From Felis catus (lineage: Eukaryota): a stretch of 64,000 nucleotides of DNA. A program made the translations under genes and the position numbers. Below the pieces are notes generated by a model that saw only the letters and a list, made by a program, of their open reading frames with translations, ran no database searches and was not told where the DNA came from. The DNA is taken from NCBI RefSeq assembly GCF_018350175.1, contig NC_058383.1, positions 1,984,001-2,048,000 on the forward strand, in the 5' to 3' direction. Of the stretch, positions 62,201 through 64,000 are shown piece by piece (positions within the stretch are counted from its first letter, which is position 1; each line of letters begins with the position of its first letter).

Positions 62201-63170
62201 TGTCGCACATCAGGGGCGGGAGGTGTGGGTGGTGGTGTGGCCTCGTGGCCCGGGTGGGCAGCCGGGTGCCTCGGACTCACATGTGTCCGGCACATGCCGA
62301 ACACCCCGTCAATGTGCCGGCTGGACGCCACGGCCGGGCCCCCTCTTGGCGTAAGACCGCTGTCGGGGAGGACGTGCTAGGGGCTTTGTTGAAGCCGTGC
62401 TGTCCTTTCTGGGCCTTCTGGAGGACGGTGGGGAGGTCGGTCCCATTTGTCTTGAGGAGCCGTGCTGCCTGCTCTGTGCAGACCTGCCGCGGGCACTGTC
62501 TGATGCCCGTGTCCCTCACCGGGGGAGAGGCTGAGCCTGGGGGGCAAGGAGACTTCTGTTCTCCTGCCTTGGTCCCAGATCCTGGGTAGGGCAGGAATTA
62601 CTGGTTGTCCCCTGTATCTGCTCGCTTTCCGCCATGATAATAGAACCCCCAATTTTTAGCTAGTCACACGGCTCCCAAAATAAAGGACCGTATCTCCCAG
62701 CCTGCTTTGCAGCTGCCTGTGGCCATGTGACTAAGTTCTGACCAATGGCATATAAGCCAGAAGCAGCTGCTTCCAGGAGTCTCTAGCACAAAGGATAATT
62801 AGCATGCTCCTCATGCCTCTTTTCTTCACTTCCTGGAATCCTACTACCTGAAATCTGAATGTGATGGCTGGAACCCCGGCCACCATTTTGAGGCCACGAG
62901 GACAAAGGCCATGCCTTGAGGAGGATGGAGTGGGAAGCTGGAAGGAGCCTTGGTGTACAAGGCGCAGGGATGCTTCTCAGCCTTGTTACATCCTATCCCC
63001 AGATTTTAATTTGAGAGAGAAATGAATGCCTATCTGAAGCCTCTGCGGTTTGGTACCCCTCATCTTAACTGATAGATGGGGGGCGGAGCCCAGGCAGTTG
63101 GCAAGTAGTGGCTGGAGAAGTCTCTGGTACTTTTGTGGAGCGACAGCAGGAAATTAGAAATGGCAGTATG

Positions 63171-63399
63171 GGGGCGCCTGGGTGGCGCAGTCGGTTAAGT
63201 GTCCGACTTCAGCCAGGTCACGATCTCGCGGTCTGTGAGTTCGAGCCCCGCGTCAGGCTCTGGGCTGATGGCTCAGAGCCTGGAGCCTGCTTCCGATTCT
63301 GTGTCTCTCTCTCTCTCTGCCCCTCCCCCGTTCATGCTCTCGCTCTCTCTCTGTCCCAAAAATAAATAAAAAAAAGTTGAAAAAAAAAATTAAAAAAAA
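63171..63399 (+). mobile_element. Young SINEC_Fc-like element
   Basis: Perfect 15-bp TSD agaaatggcagtatg at 63156-63170 and 63400-63414. Confidence 0.94.
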
Positions 63400-63661
63400 A
63401 GAAATGGCAGTATGATGGGACAAGCCGTGGGGGTCAGGTATGGCCCGCAAACTGATCCTTGGCTGGTGGGAGAGTACAGGAGAAACTCCCAATCTTTTTA
63501 TACCCCGTCTTGAGCTGGGTGAAAAAGTTGGCCACAAGGATCTCTGGTGGATCTCGGGGGTGGGGTGCTTTGCAAGGAGGCTCTGGACTGACCCATGCAC
63601 CTGAGAGAGGGCTGAGGACACACTTACATCTGGGAGGGGGGCGGTCCCAGCCCCATGGGGG

Positions 63662-63698
63662 GTATATTAGGGGTCTCCAGCAAAACAGAACTACTGGG

Positions 63699-63750
<52 letters not shown>

Positions 63751-64000
63751 ATATTTAGGGAACTGGCTCATCCGATCAGGAAGGCTGGCAAGTCCAGAAT
63801 CTGTGGGCTGGGCCAGCAGGCAGGAGACCCAGCGAGGGGCCTGGGTGCAGAAATCCCTCTTGCTCAGGGAAGGTCAGCCTTTTGTTTTATTCGGGCCTTC
63901 AGAGGATTGGATGAAGCTGCCCCACATTATGAAGGGTCATCTCTTGACTCACTGTCTACTGATTTAAATGTTAATCTCACCCCAAAACACCGCCACAGAA
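63662..64000. mobile_element. MLT2-like LTR with a (GT)n microsatellite at 63701-63749
   Basis: tattaggggtctccag...aacagaac...ggaactggctca...ggattggatga...aaatgttaatctca. Confidence 0.7.

Noticed and set aside
59560..62600. Many overlapping 100-200-aa ORFs in GC-rich sequence
   Set aside because: Expected by chance at this GC content; no recognisable protein or consistent exon chain

Overview
Eukaryotic, GC-rich mammalian genomic DNA, almost certainly felid: it carries many Can-SINE copies of the SINEC_Fc type. Two multi-exon genes lie in tandem on the + strand. (1) EIF3B: coding exons 2-18 (643-16569), read by hand with consistent splice phases, including one GC-AG intron and an apparent 3'UTR intron. 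Exon 1 lies upstream of the window. (2) About 1-2 kb downstream is an apparently intact kinesin-8 gene, a KIF19 paralog (KIF19B by similarity and recalled synteny). I could assemble 18 frame-consistent exons (19743-55303, 924 codons, no stops), leaving the terminal exon unresolved. A near-perfect RFX X-box sits ~300 bp upstream of its ATG. Most notable non-coding signals: a 59-bp inverted duplication whose right arm is the entire 3' splice site of EIF3B exon 16; two old LTR-like copies 15 kb apart that are ~98% identical over ~443 bp and then abruptly diverge; a 22-copy ~61-bp minisatellite born inside an L1 fragment; and a 1.15-kb ACCACA-rich array. Comparisons with human proteins, exon sizes and repeat families are from memory, not from searches.
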